Shown: piece by piece, positions 21,341-31,535 of the stretch
Numbering within the stretch: the first letter of the stretch is position 1
Layout: the number at the start of each line of letters is the position of its first letter
Assembly: GCA_902572675.1 (NCBI GenBank)
Contig: CACGGY010000001.1
Span: 1-48,434, forward strand
Length of the DNA stretch: 48,434 bases
Direction of reading: 5' to 3'
Source of the DNA: an uncultured Prochlorococcus sp.
Lineage (GTDB): Bacteria; Cyanobacteriota; Cyanobacteriia; PCC-6307; Cyanobiaceae
Program-made: the position numbers and the translations under genes
The notes under the pieces: model-generated
Told to the model about the DNA's origin: nothing
What the model saw: the letters and a program-made list of their open reading frames with translations, nothing else
The model's database searches: none

Positions 21341-22363
21341 ACGATTTCAAACTTAACCAATAAAATTACAACAAAGATTACTAATAATCCAAAATCATTT
21401 AATTGGCAAAAGGAGATCAAAAATTACGTAGATCCTCCAGATTTTTGGAATCCAACATTAGGATTATTTTTTGGTGGTTATTTTCTCGCCTTTCTTAGCA
21501 TCTGGCAATGGTATAGAGGAGTTTGGCCACTCCCTTTACTTGTAGCCACTGCTTTTTTAGCTTTGCACATTGAAGGTACTGTAATACATGATGCATGTCA
21601 CAAAGCTGCTCACCCTGTGCCCTGGATAAATCAAGCAATGGGTCATGGTTCAGCAATTCTCTTAGGATTTAGTTTCCCAGTTTTTACTAGAGTACATTTA
21701 CAACATCATATGCACGTAAATCATCCAAAAAATGATCCTGATCATATTGTCAGTACTTTTGGTCCCATTTGGCTTATTGCTCCAAGATTTTTTTATCATG
21801 AAGTATTTTTCTTTCAAAGAAAACTTTGGCGGAAATATGAATTATTACAATGGGGAATTGAAAGATCAATCTTCATAACAATAATCTTGGCAGGGATAAA
21901 ATTTGATTTTATGAATCTAATTTACAATCTATGGTTCGGACCAGCATTAATGGTAGGAGTTACTTTAGGCATATTTTTTGATTATCTGCCTCATCGGCCA
22001 TTTAGATCAAGAAATAAATGGATTAATTCTCGGGTTTACCCAAGTAAATTTATGAATTTACTAATAATGGGTCAAAATTACCATCTTATTCATCATCTCT
22101 GGCCTTCAATTCCCTGGTTTGAGTACAAAGCAGCCTATGAAAAAACCAAGCCACTATTGGATATGAAAGGCTCCCCTCAAAGAGTTGGGATATTCGAAAG
22201 TAGAGGAGACATTTATAACTTTATCTATGACTTATTAATAGGTATTAGAAGTCATAGCAAAAGAAGAGGCAAAATAAGAAAACTCATAAATTTGTATCCA
22301 GGATATAAAATAAAAAAAATTTTATTAAAAATCGTCAATGAGACATTTATTGGAAGCAACTAA
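21341..22363 (+). CDS. crtR: Beta-carotene hydroxylase CrtR (start uncertain, non-canonical)
   Basis: His boxes HDACH, HLQHH, HLIHH; 'DPDH', 'FFDYLPHRPF'; frame open upstream to 21254 and encodes the conserved-looking 'WNPTLGLFFGG' segment before the TTG at 21563. Confidence 0.9.
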   Translation, partial: TISNLTNKITTKITNNPKSFNWQKEIKNYVDPPDFWNPTLGLFFGGYFLAFLSIWQWYRGVWPLPLLVATAFLALHIEGTVIHDACHKAAHPVPWINQAMGHGSAILLGFSFPVFTRVHLQHHMHVNHPKNDPDHIVSTFGPIWLIAPRFFYHEVFFFQRKLWRKYELLQWGIERSIFITIILAGIKFDFMNLIYNLWFGPALMVGVTLGIFFDYLPHRPFRSRNKWINSRVYPSKFMNLLIMGQNYHLIHHLWPSIPWFEYKAAYEKTKPLLDMKGSPQRVGIFESRGDIYNFIYDLLIGIRSHSKRRGKIRKLINLYPGYKIKKILLKIVNETFIGSN

Positions 22364-22364
22364 C

Positions 22365-22658
22365 TTATTCATTGATAATTTTGGGTACTTTAAAATATTT
22401 ATCTTCTCTAGATGGACCCAATTCTAAAAGCTCTTCATTACAATCAAAATTTTTATTTTCATCTTTTCTGAATACATTAGTAACTTCTATTGCTCTAGTT
22501 GTACAAGGCACGTCCTCTGTATCAATTTTTTCAAGTTGTTTTATGTATTCCAATATTTTTTCTAGTTGATCTGCGTGATTATTGATTTGATCCTCGCTCA
22601 GTTCCAATCTAGCTAAATGAGCAACTTTTTTTACTTCTTCTTTAGTTATTTTTGTCAA
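22365..22658 (-). CDS. gatC: Asp/Glu-tRNA amidotransferase subunit C (TTG start)
   Basis: 'EVKKVAHLARL', 'LEKIDTEDV', 'YFKVPKI'. Confidence 0.97.
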   Translation of the reverse strand: MTKITKEEVKKVAHLARLELSEDQINNHADQLEKILEYIKQLEKIDTEDVPCTTRAIEVTNVFRKDENKNFDCNEELLELGPSREDKYFKVPKIINE

Positions 22659-22834
22659 AACATTAATCTAATAACTTTCCCAATAATAGTTTACTGAAAA
22701 CATTTTTATTCATCTATTATTTAAATTTAAGACAATTATAAAAACTCTTGATCAAATCTTTTCAAAAATCAATTTCAATCAATAGCCTCATTTATCTTTC
22801 TCAGCTAAAAATAATATTAGATAAATAATGAACA

Positions 22835-23419
22835 ATAGAAGAAAACTTAATTCCAAAAAATTTTTTTTGTAGGCATTCGAGACTTGTTGCGCCTGATTTA
22901 ATAGGCTGTTTTCTTATTAAAAAAAATAATGAAAAAGATATTATTAAAGGAGTAATTGTTGAAACAGAAGCTTATTCACAGGAAGAAGAGTCCTGTCATG
23001 GCTACAGCAAAAAAACTACATCCAATAAATCATTATTTGGCAAACCTGGAACATTTTATATTTACAAATCTTATGGTATTCATCATTGTTTAAACATAGT
23101 TACTGATAAAGAAAATTTTGCAAGTGGTGTATTAGTCAGGGCAGTTTTTATAGATAAAAATAATGAAAGAATTGCTTCTGGGCCTGGTTTAGTTACTAAG
23201 ACATTCGGTATTGACTTATCATTTGACTCACTTGAAGTTATTAATAATAAATCTTTATGGATTTCCCAAAGAAATTCAATTTTAAAACAAAAAGATCTTG
23301 TCCAAACTACGAGAATTGGCATATCCAAGGCAAAAAATATAAAATGGCGTTGGTATCTCAAAAATAGTAGGAGTGTAAGTAAAAGAATAAAAGGTGACAA
23401 AACACCTAAATTCAAATAA
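22835..23419 (+). CDS. mpg: DNA-3-methyladenine glycosylase (MPG/AAG family); absent from ORF track because it has no ATG/GTG/TTG start
   Basis: Hand translation (194 codons): IEENLIPKNFFCRHSRLVAPDLIG...GVIVETEAY...CHG...LFGKPGTFYIYKSYGIHHCLNIVT...GVLVRA...SGPGLVTK...RIGISKA...WRWY. Confidence 0.92.
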   Translation: MEENLIPKNFFCRHSRLVAPDLIGCFLIKKNNEKDIIKGVIVETEAYSQEEESCHGYSKKTTSNKSLFGKPGTFYIYKSYGIHHCLNIVTDKENFASGVLVRAVFIDKNNERIASGPGLVTKTFGIDLSFDSLEVINNKSLWISQRNSILKQKDLVQTTRIGISKAKNIKWRWYLKNSRSVSKRIKGDKTPKFK

Positions 23420-23440
23420 CCATTTATCTTTGTAAGCGTA

Positions 23441-24457
23441 ATGCAAATTTGGCCTCATAAACATATCCACACACTCGCTAATTTTTCAATTCAAGATTAC
23501 AAATCAGTATTTGAATTAGCCAATAGATTTGATGCACTAAAGAATGCAGGTACAAAAAAGATACCCGCCTTACAGGGGACTTTGATAACATCTTTGTTTT
23601 TTGAAGCTAGTACAAGAACAAAAAACAGCTTTGAACTCGCAGCAAAAAGGCTTTCTGCGGATGTACAAACTTTTGCGCCATCCTCTAGTTCCTTAACTAA
23701 AGGCGAGACAATCATTGACACAGCAATAACTTATTCTGCTATGGGTGCAGATACATTAGTTATTAGACATTCATCGAGTTATATAACTTTTGAGATAGCA
23801 AAAAAACTTGATGAAATAAATTCCAAGACTTCGGTTCTTAATGCAGGCGATGGATTACATAGTCACCCTAGTCAAGGATTACTGGACATTTATACATTAA
23901 TAAAATTCTTTTCAGAAAAATCACTTGTTCCAGAGGTTTTAAATTCAAAAAAAATTTTAATAATTGGAGACGTTAATCATTCAAGGGTTGCAAGATCAAA
24001 TCTTTGGGCTTTGAGCGCTTTTGGCGCAGACATAATACTATGTGGTCCTAAAACATTAATACCTGATGAATTTATAAATTTTTTAAAAACTCCTGCACCA
24101 AATCAAGAGGAAGATCCTGTCAAATCAAGAGGGACAATAACAATTTCTAGATCATTGGAAGAATCAATAGAAATTGCGGATGCAATTATTGTTTTAAGAC
24201 TCCAGAAAGAAAGAATGATGGAAAATTTATTAAGCAGTATAGATTCATATAGTCTTAATTATGGCTTAACCCTACAGAAATTATCATTAAACAGTAAAAA
24301 AATTCCAGTTCTTCATCCTGGACCTATTAATAGAGGTATTGAAATAAATAGTGAAGTAGTAGATGAATATCCTAATTGCTTAATAAATAATCAAGTTGAA
24401 AATGGTATCCCCATAAGAATGGCTTTACTTTATTTATTGCAGAAATACAACAAATAA
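23441..24457 (+). CDS. pyrB: Aspartate carbamoyltransferase catalytic subunit
   Basis: 'FFEASTRT', '[12 protein letters not shown]', 'LRLQKER', 'HPGPINRG'. Confidence 0.98.
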   Translation: MQIWPHKHIHTLANFSIQDYKSVFELANRFDALKNAGTKKIPALQGTLITSLFFEASTRTKNSFELAAKRLSADVQTFAPSSSSLTKGETIIDTAITYSAMGADTLVIRHSSSYITFEIAKKLDEINSKTSVLNAGDGLHSHPSQGLLDIYTLIKFFSEKSLVPEVLNSKKILIIGDVNHSRVARSNLWALSAFGADIILCGPKTLIPDEFINFLKTPAPNQEEDPVKSRGTITISRSLEESIEIADAIIVLRLQKERMMENLLSSIDSYSLNYGLTLQKLSLNSKKIPVLHPGPINRGIEINSEVVDEYPNCLINNQVENGIPIRMALLYLLQKYNK

Positions 24458-24459
24458 AT

Positions 24460-24801
24460 TTAAAGTAACTTAAGACTTTCAGTAAAAAAGCCATAAAATA
24501 ATCCTAATCTTAGAGAATCTAATAAAAGTACTAAAAATTTCTTTTTCCTTTCTAATCGAAAATTTCTTCTAAGAAATATCAAAATTTCAATAAAAACAAC
24601 AGATAAGAAAGCAGATACAGGATCCATGAGTTCCAATACGGCACTCACCATACCAAGAGAACTGCCAATAAAGTATCCAATTAAAAGGATTATTAGGGAT
24701 ATTGAATATCTTCGCCATGGATTATTAGCCCAAATACTTAATGTTTGAATATTTTCTACGATATATAATTGAAAATTTGTCTTTTGAGGTCTAAAAACCA
24801 T
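24460..24801 (-). CDS. DUF565/Ycf20-like membrane protein
   Basis: 'NPWRR', 'RLGLFYGFFTESLKL'. Confidence 0.82.
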   Translation of the reverse strand: MVFRPQKTNFQLYIVENIQTLSIWANNPWRRYSISLIILLIGYFIGSSLGMVSAVLELMDPVSAFLSVVFIEILIFLRRNFRLERKKKFLVLLLDSLRLGLFYGFFTESLKLL

Positions 24802-24812
24802 TTTAAAATCAA

Positions 24813-25013
24813 CTAAGACGCTTTAGAATTTGATTGAATTCTAGTGTTTCCCTCTACTAATTCAAGTAAAGCCTCCAGTTGGGCAATAATTCCTCTTAAT
24901 TCGCCTGGTTCAGGAAAGAGATCGTCTTCTTTTATACCTAAATGCATTTCTCTTAATTCTTGCCTTAAATATCGTAAGTGACTAATGACCTGCTCTCTCT
25001 TCGTTTGTGACAT
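24813..25013 (-). CDS. Small conserved hypothetical protein (66 aa)
   Basis: Compact helical-hairpin-like ORF with normal composition, 11 nt upstream of the DUF565 gene. Confidence 0.75.
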   Translation of the reverse strand: MSQTKREQVISHLRYLRQELREMHLGIKEDDLFPEPGELRGIIAQLEALLELVEGNTRIQSNSKAS

Positions 25014-25228
25014 GATTTGAGGTTTTAAAAATCCATCTTAAGAAATAAATTTTTTGTTCAGCAGAATTTGCATATTTATGGTTGAGAATCAAGATAAATT
25101 GATTTAGAGCACTTTAAAGACGAGGCCTCTACAAAATTCCTATTCCTGAAAATATGTAGTTTAAAACTACATAAATTTTAAATATTTACTTGAGGCTTTA
25201 TTATTAAGATATATTGGTTAATTTCAAT

Positions 25229-25450
25229 ATGGAATTTATTTCTCAAAACAAAATAAGTGAGGAACTAGTAAATTCCTTTGATGAAAAAATGACACTTGAG
25301 CTTGCAAAAAGGCTTGAAGAGGACAACTATAATACACCATTTGATGGTTTAAAAGACTGGCACTTACTAAGGGCTCTTGCAATCAATAGACCTGAACTAA
25401 CTACTAATTATACCCATCTCCTTGATCAGGAACCTTTCGATGAAAACTAA
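25229..25450 (+). CDS. DUF2555 family protein
   Basis: 'LAKRLEEDNYNTPFDGLKDWHLLRALAI' matches DUF2555 (recalled); overlaps the coaBC start. Confidence 0.85.
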   Translation: MEFISQNKISEELVNSFDEKMTLELAKRLEEDNYNTPFDGLKDWHLLRALAINRPELTTNYTHLLDQEPFDEN

Positions 25451-26696
25451 GAGTACGGACCCCAAAATAAAGGTTCTTTTATTAATAACTGGGAGTATTG
25501 CAGCTGTAAGAATTCCATTATTAGTTAGCCAATTAGCGAAAGAAAATTATCAAATAAGATGTGTTTTGTCTAAAAATGCAGAAAAATTAATAAAGCCGCT
25601 TTCTCTCTCTATCTTGAGTAGAAACCCTTGCATTTTAGAAAATGATCAATGGTCTGATAGTCAATCAACACCTCTTCACATAGAACTAAGTCATTGGGCT
25701 GATATTTTAATCATTGCGCCTTTAACAGCGTCAACATTAGCAAAATGGGTAACTGGAAATGCGGAGGGATTAATTCCAAGCATTTTAATAGCAAATATGA
25801 AGCCAATTATTGTTGCACCAGCAATGAATACACAAATGTGGCTAAATAAAGCTGTCCAAAGAAATTATGAAAATTTACAGAATTACGAAAATGTTTTGTC
25901 TTTGCAACCAAGTGAGGGCCTCTTAGCTTGCGATGCTATTGGTATCGGTAAGATACCTCCAAATGATCTAATCCAATTAGCTCTTGAATTTATAGCTTCA
26001 CACAAACAAAATGAATATCGCAAAGATTTACTTAATAAAGAAATTTTAATAACTGGAGGTTGCACCTCAGAGAAAATTGATGCGGCAAGACACATTACTA
26101 ACAAAAGTTCTGGAGCTATGGGTCTACTTCTTTCTCAAGTAGCGAGGTTCAGAGGAGCACAAGTAAAATATGTCCATGGGCCTCTAAAAATCGATAAAAA
26201 TCTTACTGATGGAATAAAAAGATATGAAATTGAAACAAGTGTTGATTTAATTAGGGTACTTAATAATGAAATATCAAATTGCGATTATTTTTTCATGAAT
26301 GCAGCAGTATCTGATTTCAAGATAACCTCTGATACGTCAGCTAAAATTCCAAAAAATAAAATTAATGCTCATTTAAATAAAAACTTTGAGCTAGTCCCAG
26401 ATATTTTAAAAACAATTAGTAAATCAAAAAAAGATAACCAAGTTTTTGTAGGCTTTTGTGCATTTACAGGATCCATCAAAGAAGCACGAATAACAATTAA
26501 AGAAAAGATTATCCAAAAGGGTTGTGATTATCTATTCGCAAATCCAATTGATCTTGAAGGCCAAGGATTTGGCTTTTTGGCACAAAATGAAGGTTGGCTG
26601 TTCGATAAGAACAATAAGGAACACTACATAAGCAAAACATCAAAAATTGATTTAGCAAATAAATTAATAACCCAAATTATTTCATTAAAAAAATAA
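25440..26696 (+). CDS. coaBC: Bifunctional phosphopantothenoylcysteine decarboxylase/synthetase
   Basis: 'TGSIAA', 'APAMNTQMW', 'ITGGCTSEKID', 'NKSSGAMG', 'AAVSDF'; ATG 25440 preferred over TTG 25422. Confidence 0.96.
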   Translation: MKTKSTDPKIKVLLLITGSIAAVRIPLLVSQLAKENYQIRCVLSKNAEKLIKPLSLSILSRNPCILENDQWSDSQSTPLHIELSHWADILIIAPLTASTLAKWVTGNAEGLIPSILIANMKPIIVAPAMNTQMWLNKAVQRNYENLQNYENVLSLQPSEGLLACDAIGIGKIPPNDLIQLALEFIASHKQNEYRKDLLNKEILITGGCTSEKIDAARHITNKSSGAMGLLLSQVARFRGAQVKYVHGPLKIDKNLTDGIKRYEIETSVDLIRVLNNEISNCDYFFMNAAVSDFKITSDTSAKIPKNKINAHLNKNFELVPDILKTISKSKKDNQVFVGFCAFTGSIKEARITIKEKIIQKGCDYLFANPIDLEGQGFGFLAQNEGWLFDKNNKEHYISKTSKIDLANKLITQIISLKK

Positions 26697-26913
26697 AAAA
26701 AAATTTTTTAATTTGTATTTTTTTGTAATCTTAATCATTAAAAATAATGTGATAGCTTAAAATAATTCCAGTTTTTTAAAATCTAAAAAGCTACGGGTTG
26801 TTTCGAGGATTTAAAAGTCCTATCTTTTATGGTCCTTTCCCTTGTAATATCCGTACTGAACTTATTAGATGACCTTTAATCTATCGTCACAGAACTTTAC
26901 TGCAACTTTAATT

Positions 26914-27708
26914 ATGAGAATTCGTTCTTTCTTAGCTTTTGTTATTTCAATTTGTATAACTTTTGCTTTCGTACCTGTTAAAACATTTGCTTTTTCTGAA
27001 AGAGGAAATGCACAATTCACAGATGTTGTTAATACAGGAAAAGCTAATGATTGCCCTACATTAGACTCATCTCTTGTCGGATCAATATCTCTAGGGAATG
27101 GAGATAGCCTTAAAGGAATATGCATGCATCCAACAGAAGTTTATGTAAAAGTACCAGGGACAAAACGAAAAGCTGCAGAATTTGTTTCTACAAAAATTAT
27201 TAGTCCCAGAAATAACACCACAGTGACAGAAGTTTATGGAGATATAGATTCAGGAACTTTTACTGAAAAAGGTGGTATTGATTTTCAACTTATTACTGTA
27301 TTAACTCCCGGTGGTTTAGAAGTGCCCTTTGCATTCTCAGCAAAAGATCTTACAGCTGATTTACCTTCATCTATTGAGCCAGGCACTGAGGTTAGTGGTT
27401 CAACATTTACACCTAACTACAGAACTGGTGATTTTCTAGATCCTAAAGCAAGAGCTAAAAATACTGGCGTTGAATATGCTCAAGGTTTAGTTGCATTAGG
27501 AGGAGATGACGAAGAACTTGCAAAAGAAAATATTAAAGTTGATGTAAACGGTACTGGCGTTATTACTCTTTCAATCAATAATGTAGATTCTGACACAGAC
27601 GAATTTGCTGGTACTTTTGAAGCTATCCAACCTTCAGATACAGATATGGGTTCAAAGGATCCACTTGATGTAAAAATAATTGGGGAGCTTTACGGAAGAA
27701 AGGCATAA
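26914..27708 (+). CDS. psbO: Photosystem II manganese-stabilising protein
   Basis: Signal peptide 'MRIRSFLAFVIS', 'GKANDCP', 'GGIDFQLITV', 'YRTGDFLDPKAR', 'QPSDTDMG'. Confidence 0.97.
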   Translation: MRIRSFLAFVISICITFAFVPVKTFAFSERGNAQFTDVVNTGKANDCPTLDSSLVGSISLGNGDSLKGICMHPTEVYVKVPGTKRKAAEFVSTKIISPRNNTTVTEVYGDIDSGTFTEKGGIDFQLITVLTPGGLEVPFAFSAKDLTADLPSSIEPGTEVSGSTFTPNYRTGDFLDPKARAKNTGVEYAQGLVALGGDDEELAKENIKVDVNGTGVITLSINNVDSDTDEFAGTFEAIQPSDTDMGSKDPLDVKIIGELYGRKA

Positions 27709-27722
27709 ATCCTAACCAAGAG

Positions 27723-27752
27723 AAAAAGGGGGTTGAACCCCTCTTTTTTTTT
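27723..27752 (+). terminator. Rho-independent terminator after psbO
   Basis: AAAAAGGGGG-TTGAA-CCCCTC followed by a T run. Confidence 0.85.
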
Positions 27753-27779
27753 CAAAATTTTTCTTTATAAATCAAAAAA

Positions 27780-28955
27780 ATGGAATTACAACAAAAAACT
27801 AAAACAGATAATAATGGACTCATACCGCCTTATGGCGGGGAACTAAAAAATTTAATTATCAAAGATAAAAAACTTAAAAACGAACTTATCTCTAAAGCTA
27901 CTTATGAGTTTGAATGTAGCGAGAGAAATGCATGCGATGTAGAACTTTTGATGATTGGAGCTTTTTCTCCATTGGAGGGTTTTATGGATGAAAATAACTA
28001 CAATTCGGTAATCAAAAATAATAGAGATACAAACGGGTTGCTTTTTGGTTTGCCTATAGTATTTGATTCAAATCATGAAAAAGTAAAAGCCGGAGAGACA
28101 ATATTGCTTACATATAAAAAACAAAAAATAGCAGTTTTAGAAGTTAGCTCTAAATGGGAGCCTGATAAATCCTTAGAAGCTGAACTTTGTTATGGTACTA
28201 ATTCTTTAGATCATCCTGCTGTTAAGATGATTTTTCATGAAAGAGGGAGATTTTATATAGGAGGAAGTGTTTATGGTTTCGAACTACCGATTAGAGAATT
28301 CCCCTGCAAAACCCCAGAAGAAGTAAGATCTTCACTGCCATCAAATTATGATGTAGTGGCATTTCAATGCAGAAATCCAATTCATAGAGCACATTATGAA
28401 TTATTTACTAATGCCTTACTCTCAGATAATGTCTCCTCCAACTCAGTTGTTTTAGTTCATCCAACTTGTGGGCCAACTCAACAAGATGATATCCCTGGAA
28501 AAGTTAGATATTTGACCTATAAAGAACTAGAAGAGGAAATATCTGATGAAAGAATAAAATGGGCTTTTTTACCTTATTCAATGCATATGGCAGGGCCAAG
28601 AGAAGCTCTTCAACATATGATAATCAGAAGAAATTATGGCTGCACCCATTTTATTATTGGTAGAGATATGGCTGGTTGTAAGTCATCATCAACTGGTGAA
28701 GATTTTTATGGCCCATATGATGCCCAGAATTTTGCAAATAAGTGTGCAGATGAATTGATGATGCAAACTGTGCCTTCAAAAAATTTAGTTTATACGAAAG
28801 AAAAAGGATACATAACGGCTGAAGAAGCTAAAGAATTTAATTATGAAATTATGAAACTTAGTGGTACTGAATTTAGAAAGAAATTGAGGAACGGCGAACC
28901 AATTCCTGAATGGTTCGCATTCAAAAGTGTAGTAGATGTTCTAAGACGCTCTTAA
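27780..28955 (+). CDS. sat: Sulfate adenylyltransferase
   Basis: 'AFQCRNPIHRAH', 'MHMAGPREA', 'RRNYGCTHFIIGRD', 'LSGTEFR'. Confidence 0.97.
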   Translation: MELQQKTKTDNNGLIPPYGGELKNLIIKDKKLKNELISKATYEFECSERNACDVELLMIGAFSPLEGFMDENNYNSVIKNNRDTNGLLFGLPIVFDSNHEKVKAGETILLTYKKQKIAVLEVSSKWEPDKSLEAELCYGTNSLDHPAVKMIFHERGRFYIGGSVYGFELPIREFPCKTPEEVRSSLPSNYDVVAFQCRNPIHRAHYELFTNALLSDNVSSNSVVLVHPTCGPTQQDDIPGKVRYLTYKELEEEISDERIKWAFLPYSMHMAGPREALQHMIIRRNYGCTHFIIGRDMAGCKSSSTGEDFYGPYDAQNFANKCADELMMQTVPSKNLVYTKEKGYITAEEAKEFNYEIMKLSGTEFRKKLRNGEPIPEWFAFKSVVDVLRRS

Positions 28956-29001
28956 TATTGTTTTATTATTAGTATTATAGATTTATTAAAGATTTTTTAT
29001 C

Positions 29002-30855
29002 GTGAACAAACGTTGGAGAAACGTAGGACTTTATGTCCTAGCTGTTATTACTGTAATTTTCATTGGTACTTCAGTTTTTGATAAACCTAGTACTGAAAGC
29101 TCTACAAAGACCTTGAGATATAGTGATTTTATAGAAGCAGTACAAGATAGAGAAATAAGTAGAGTCCTAATATCTCCAGATAATGCCACAGCTCAAGTTG
29201 TTGAAAATGATGGGAGCAGGTCTGAAGTCAATTTAGCCCCTGACAAGGATTTATTAAAAATACTTACTGAGAATAATGTAGACATAGCTGTAACTCCCAC
29301 AAAATTAGCCAATCCATGGCAACAGGCAGTAAGTAGCTTGATTTTCCCAGTACTTTTGATTGGAGGCCTATTTTTTCTCTTCAGAAGATCCCAAAGTGGA
29401 AATGCTGGAGGTGGCAACCCTGCCATGAGTTTTGGCAAGAGCAAAGCTAGACTGCAGATGGAACCATCTACTCAGGTAACTTTTTCAGATGTTGCTGGAG
29501 TAGAAGGTGCAAAATTAGAACTCACAGAAGTTGTAGATTTTCTTAAAAGCCCAGATAGATTTACTGCAGTCGGAGCAAAAATCCCTAAAGGTGTTCTTCT
29601 TGTTGGACCTCCAGGTACAGGAAAAACATTGCTAGCAAAAGCAGTAGCTGGAGAAGCAGGTGTACCTTTTTTCTCAATATCTGGTTCAGAATTTGTAGAG
29701 ATGTTTGTAGGAGTAGGAGCTAGCAGGGTTAGAGATCTATTTGAACAAGCTAAAAAGAACGCACCTTGTATTGTGTTCATTGACGAAATAGATGCAGTTG
29801 GAAGACAAAGGGGTGCTGGTATGGGGGGAGGAAATGATGAAAGAGAGCAGACATTAAATCAACTCCTAACCGAAATGGATGGATTTGAAGGTAATTCAGG
29901 AATAATAATAGTTGCTGCCACCAACAGACCAGATGTCTTAGATTCAGCTTTAATGCGCCCTGGAAGATTTGATAGACAAGTAACAGTAGATAGACCAGAT
30001 TACGCTGGAAGATTACAGATATTAAATGTTCATGCGAAAGATAAAACGCTTTCAAAAGACGTTGATTTAGATAAAGTTGCTAGAAGAACACCCGGATTTA
30101 CGGGTGCAGATTTAGCTAATTTATTAAACGAAGCAGCAATATTAGCAGCTAGAAAAGATCTAGATAAAGTAAGCAATGACGAAGTTAGTGATGCTATTGA
30201 AAGAGTTATGGCAGGTCCAGAAAAGAAAGATAGAGTCATCAGTGATAAGAAAAAAGAATTAGTTGCTTACCACGAAGCTGGTCATGCACTCGTTGGAGCT
30301 TTAATGCCTGATTATGATCCCGTAGCAAAAGTTTCAATAATTCCTAGAGGTCAAGCTGGCGGTTTAACCTTCTTTACTCCAAGTGAAGAAAGGATGGAAT
30401 CTGGACTTTACTCTCGTTCGTACCTTCAAAATCAAATGGCTGTGGCTCTTGGTGGAAGAGTTGCTGAAGAAATTGTCTATGGCGAAGAAGAGGTGACAAC
30501 AGGAGCCTCAAATGATTTACAACAAGTTGCCAATGTAGCAAGACAAATGATTACTAAATTTGGTATGAGTGACAAAATAGGTCCAGTCGCTCTAGGCCAA
30601 TCTCAAGGTGGAATGTTTCTCGGAAGAGATATGAGTTCTACAAGAGACTTCTCTGAAGACACAGCAGCAACAATTGATGTAGAGGTTTCAGAGCTTGTTG
30701 ATGTTGCCTATAAAAGAGCTACAAAAGTTTTATCAGATAATAGAACTGTTCTTGACGAAATGGCTCAAATGCTAATCGAAAAAGAAACTATAGACACTGA
30801 AGATATCCAAGATTTGCTCAACCGATCAGAAGTTAAAGTAGCGAATTATATCTAG
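29002..30855 (+). CDS. ftsH: ATP-dependent Zn metalloprotease FtsH (FtsH3-like; GTG start)
   Basis: Walker A 'GPPGTGKT', 'FIDEID', 'RPGRFDR', 'HEAGH'; 'KRWRNVGLY' N-terminus as in the cyanobacterial FtsH3 group. Confidence 0.99.
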   Translation: MNKRWRNVGLYVLAVITVIFIGTSVFDKPSTESSTKTLRYSDFIEAVQDREISRVLISPDNATAQVVENDGSRSEVNLAPDKDLLKILTENNVDIAVTPTKLANPWQQAVSSLIFPVLLIGGLFFLFRRSQSGNAGGGNPAMSFGKSKARLQMEPSTQVTFSDVAGVEGAKLELTEVVDFLKSPDRFTAVGAKIPKGVLLVGPPGTGKTLLAKAVAGEAGVPFFSISGSEFVEMFVGVGASRVRDLFEQAKKNAPCIVFIDEIDAVGRQRGAGMGGGNDEREQTLNQLLTEMDGFEGNSGIIIVAATNRPDVLDSALMRPGRFDRQVTVDRPDYAGRLQILNVHAKDKTLSKDVDLDKVARRTPGFTGADLANLLNEAAILAARKDLDKVSNDEVSDAIERVMAGPEKKDRVISDKKKELVAYHEAGHALVGALMPDYDPVAKVSIIPRGQAGGLTFFTPSEERMESGLYSRSYLQNQMAVALGGRVAEEIVYGEEEVTTGASNDLQQVANVARQMITKFGMSDKIGPVALGQSQGGMFLGRDMSSTRDFSEDTAATIDVEVSELVDVAYKRATKVLSDNRTVLDEMAQMLIEKETIDTEDIQDLLNRSEVKVANYI

Positions 30856-30874
30856 TTTAAAAAATAAATATTTT

Positions 30875-31501
30875 ATGAATATTAAAGAAGATTCTTTTTC
30901 TCATTTGATGCTAAAAGAATCTTTTTTTTTACTCGTAAAACCAGAAGATAATTTTTACTCTAATACTTCTATACGAAATTCATTTTTTGAAGAATTAGGA
31001 AGCCTAGTGAAATTAGGATTAAAGAATATTGAAATAAGTTGGTCAAACAACGAAAAGTGGTTGGATTTTGTATCCGAAATAAAACTCAATTTTCCCAGAA
31101 TTAATTTAGGCTCTGCCTCCATAGTTAATAAGCAATCAATAGAAGATTCATTAAAAATTGGATTAAATTTTTCTATGATGAAATTTTGGGATAAAGATCT
31201 TTTCAATTATTCGAAGTCAAAAAATTATTTATTAATTCCTGGAATTAAAAATTTAAAAGATCTTGAGGAAGCGATAAATTTAAATTGCAACATTATCAAA
31301 ATTTATCCAATAAAAAGTAAAGCTAATTCCATAGATATACTCAACTTTGAAAGTATTGATTTCATTGCTGCTGGAGGCCTATCAATCAATGATGTAAAAA
31401 CTTATAAATCTTTAGGATATAAAGCAATCGTTGTTGGAGATAAATCTATCATAGGTAAAAAATTTGATCCAAAAATATATGAATGGCTCAAAAACAATTA
31501 A
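30875..31501 (+). CDS. eda: KDPG/KHG aldolase-like protein (divergent)
   Basis: 'IEISW', 'LGSASI', 'LIPG', Schiff-base-lysine-like 'IKIYP', 'AAGGL'. Confidence 0.75.
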   Translation: MNIKEDSFSHLMLKESFFLLVKPEDNFYSNTSIRNSFFEELGSLVKLGLKNIEISWSNNEKWLDFVSEIKLNFPRINLGSASIVNKQSIEDSLKIGLNFSMMKFWDKDLFNYSKSKNYLLIPGIKNLKDLEEAINLNCNIIKIYPIKSKANSIDILNFESIDFIAAGGLSINDVKTYKSLGYKAIVVGDKSIIGKKFDPKIYEWLKNN

Positions 31502-31535
31502 ATCAAAGATAAATATAATTTATTTAACAAAACTA

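Noticed and set aside
23083-23470. Two minus-strand ORFs offered by the ORF track in the gatC-pyrB gap
   Set aside because: They are shadows of the plus-strand mpg gene, which has clear family motifs
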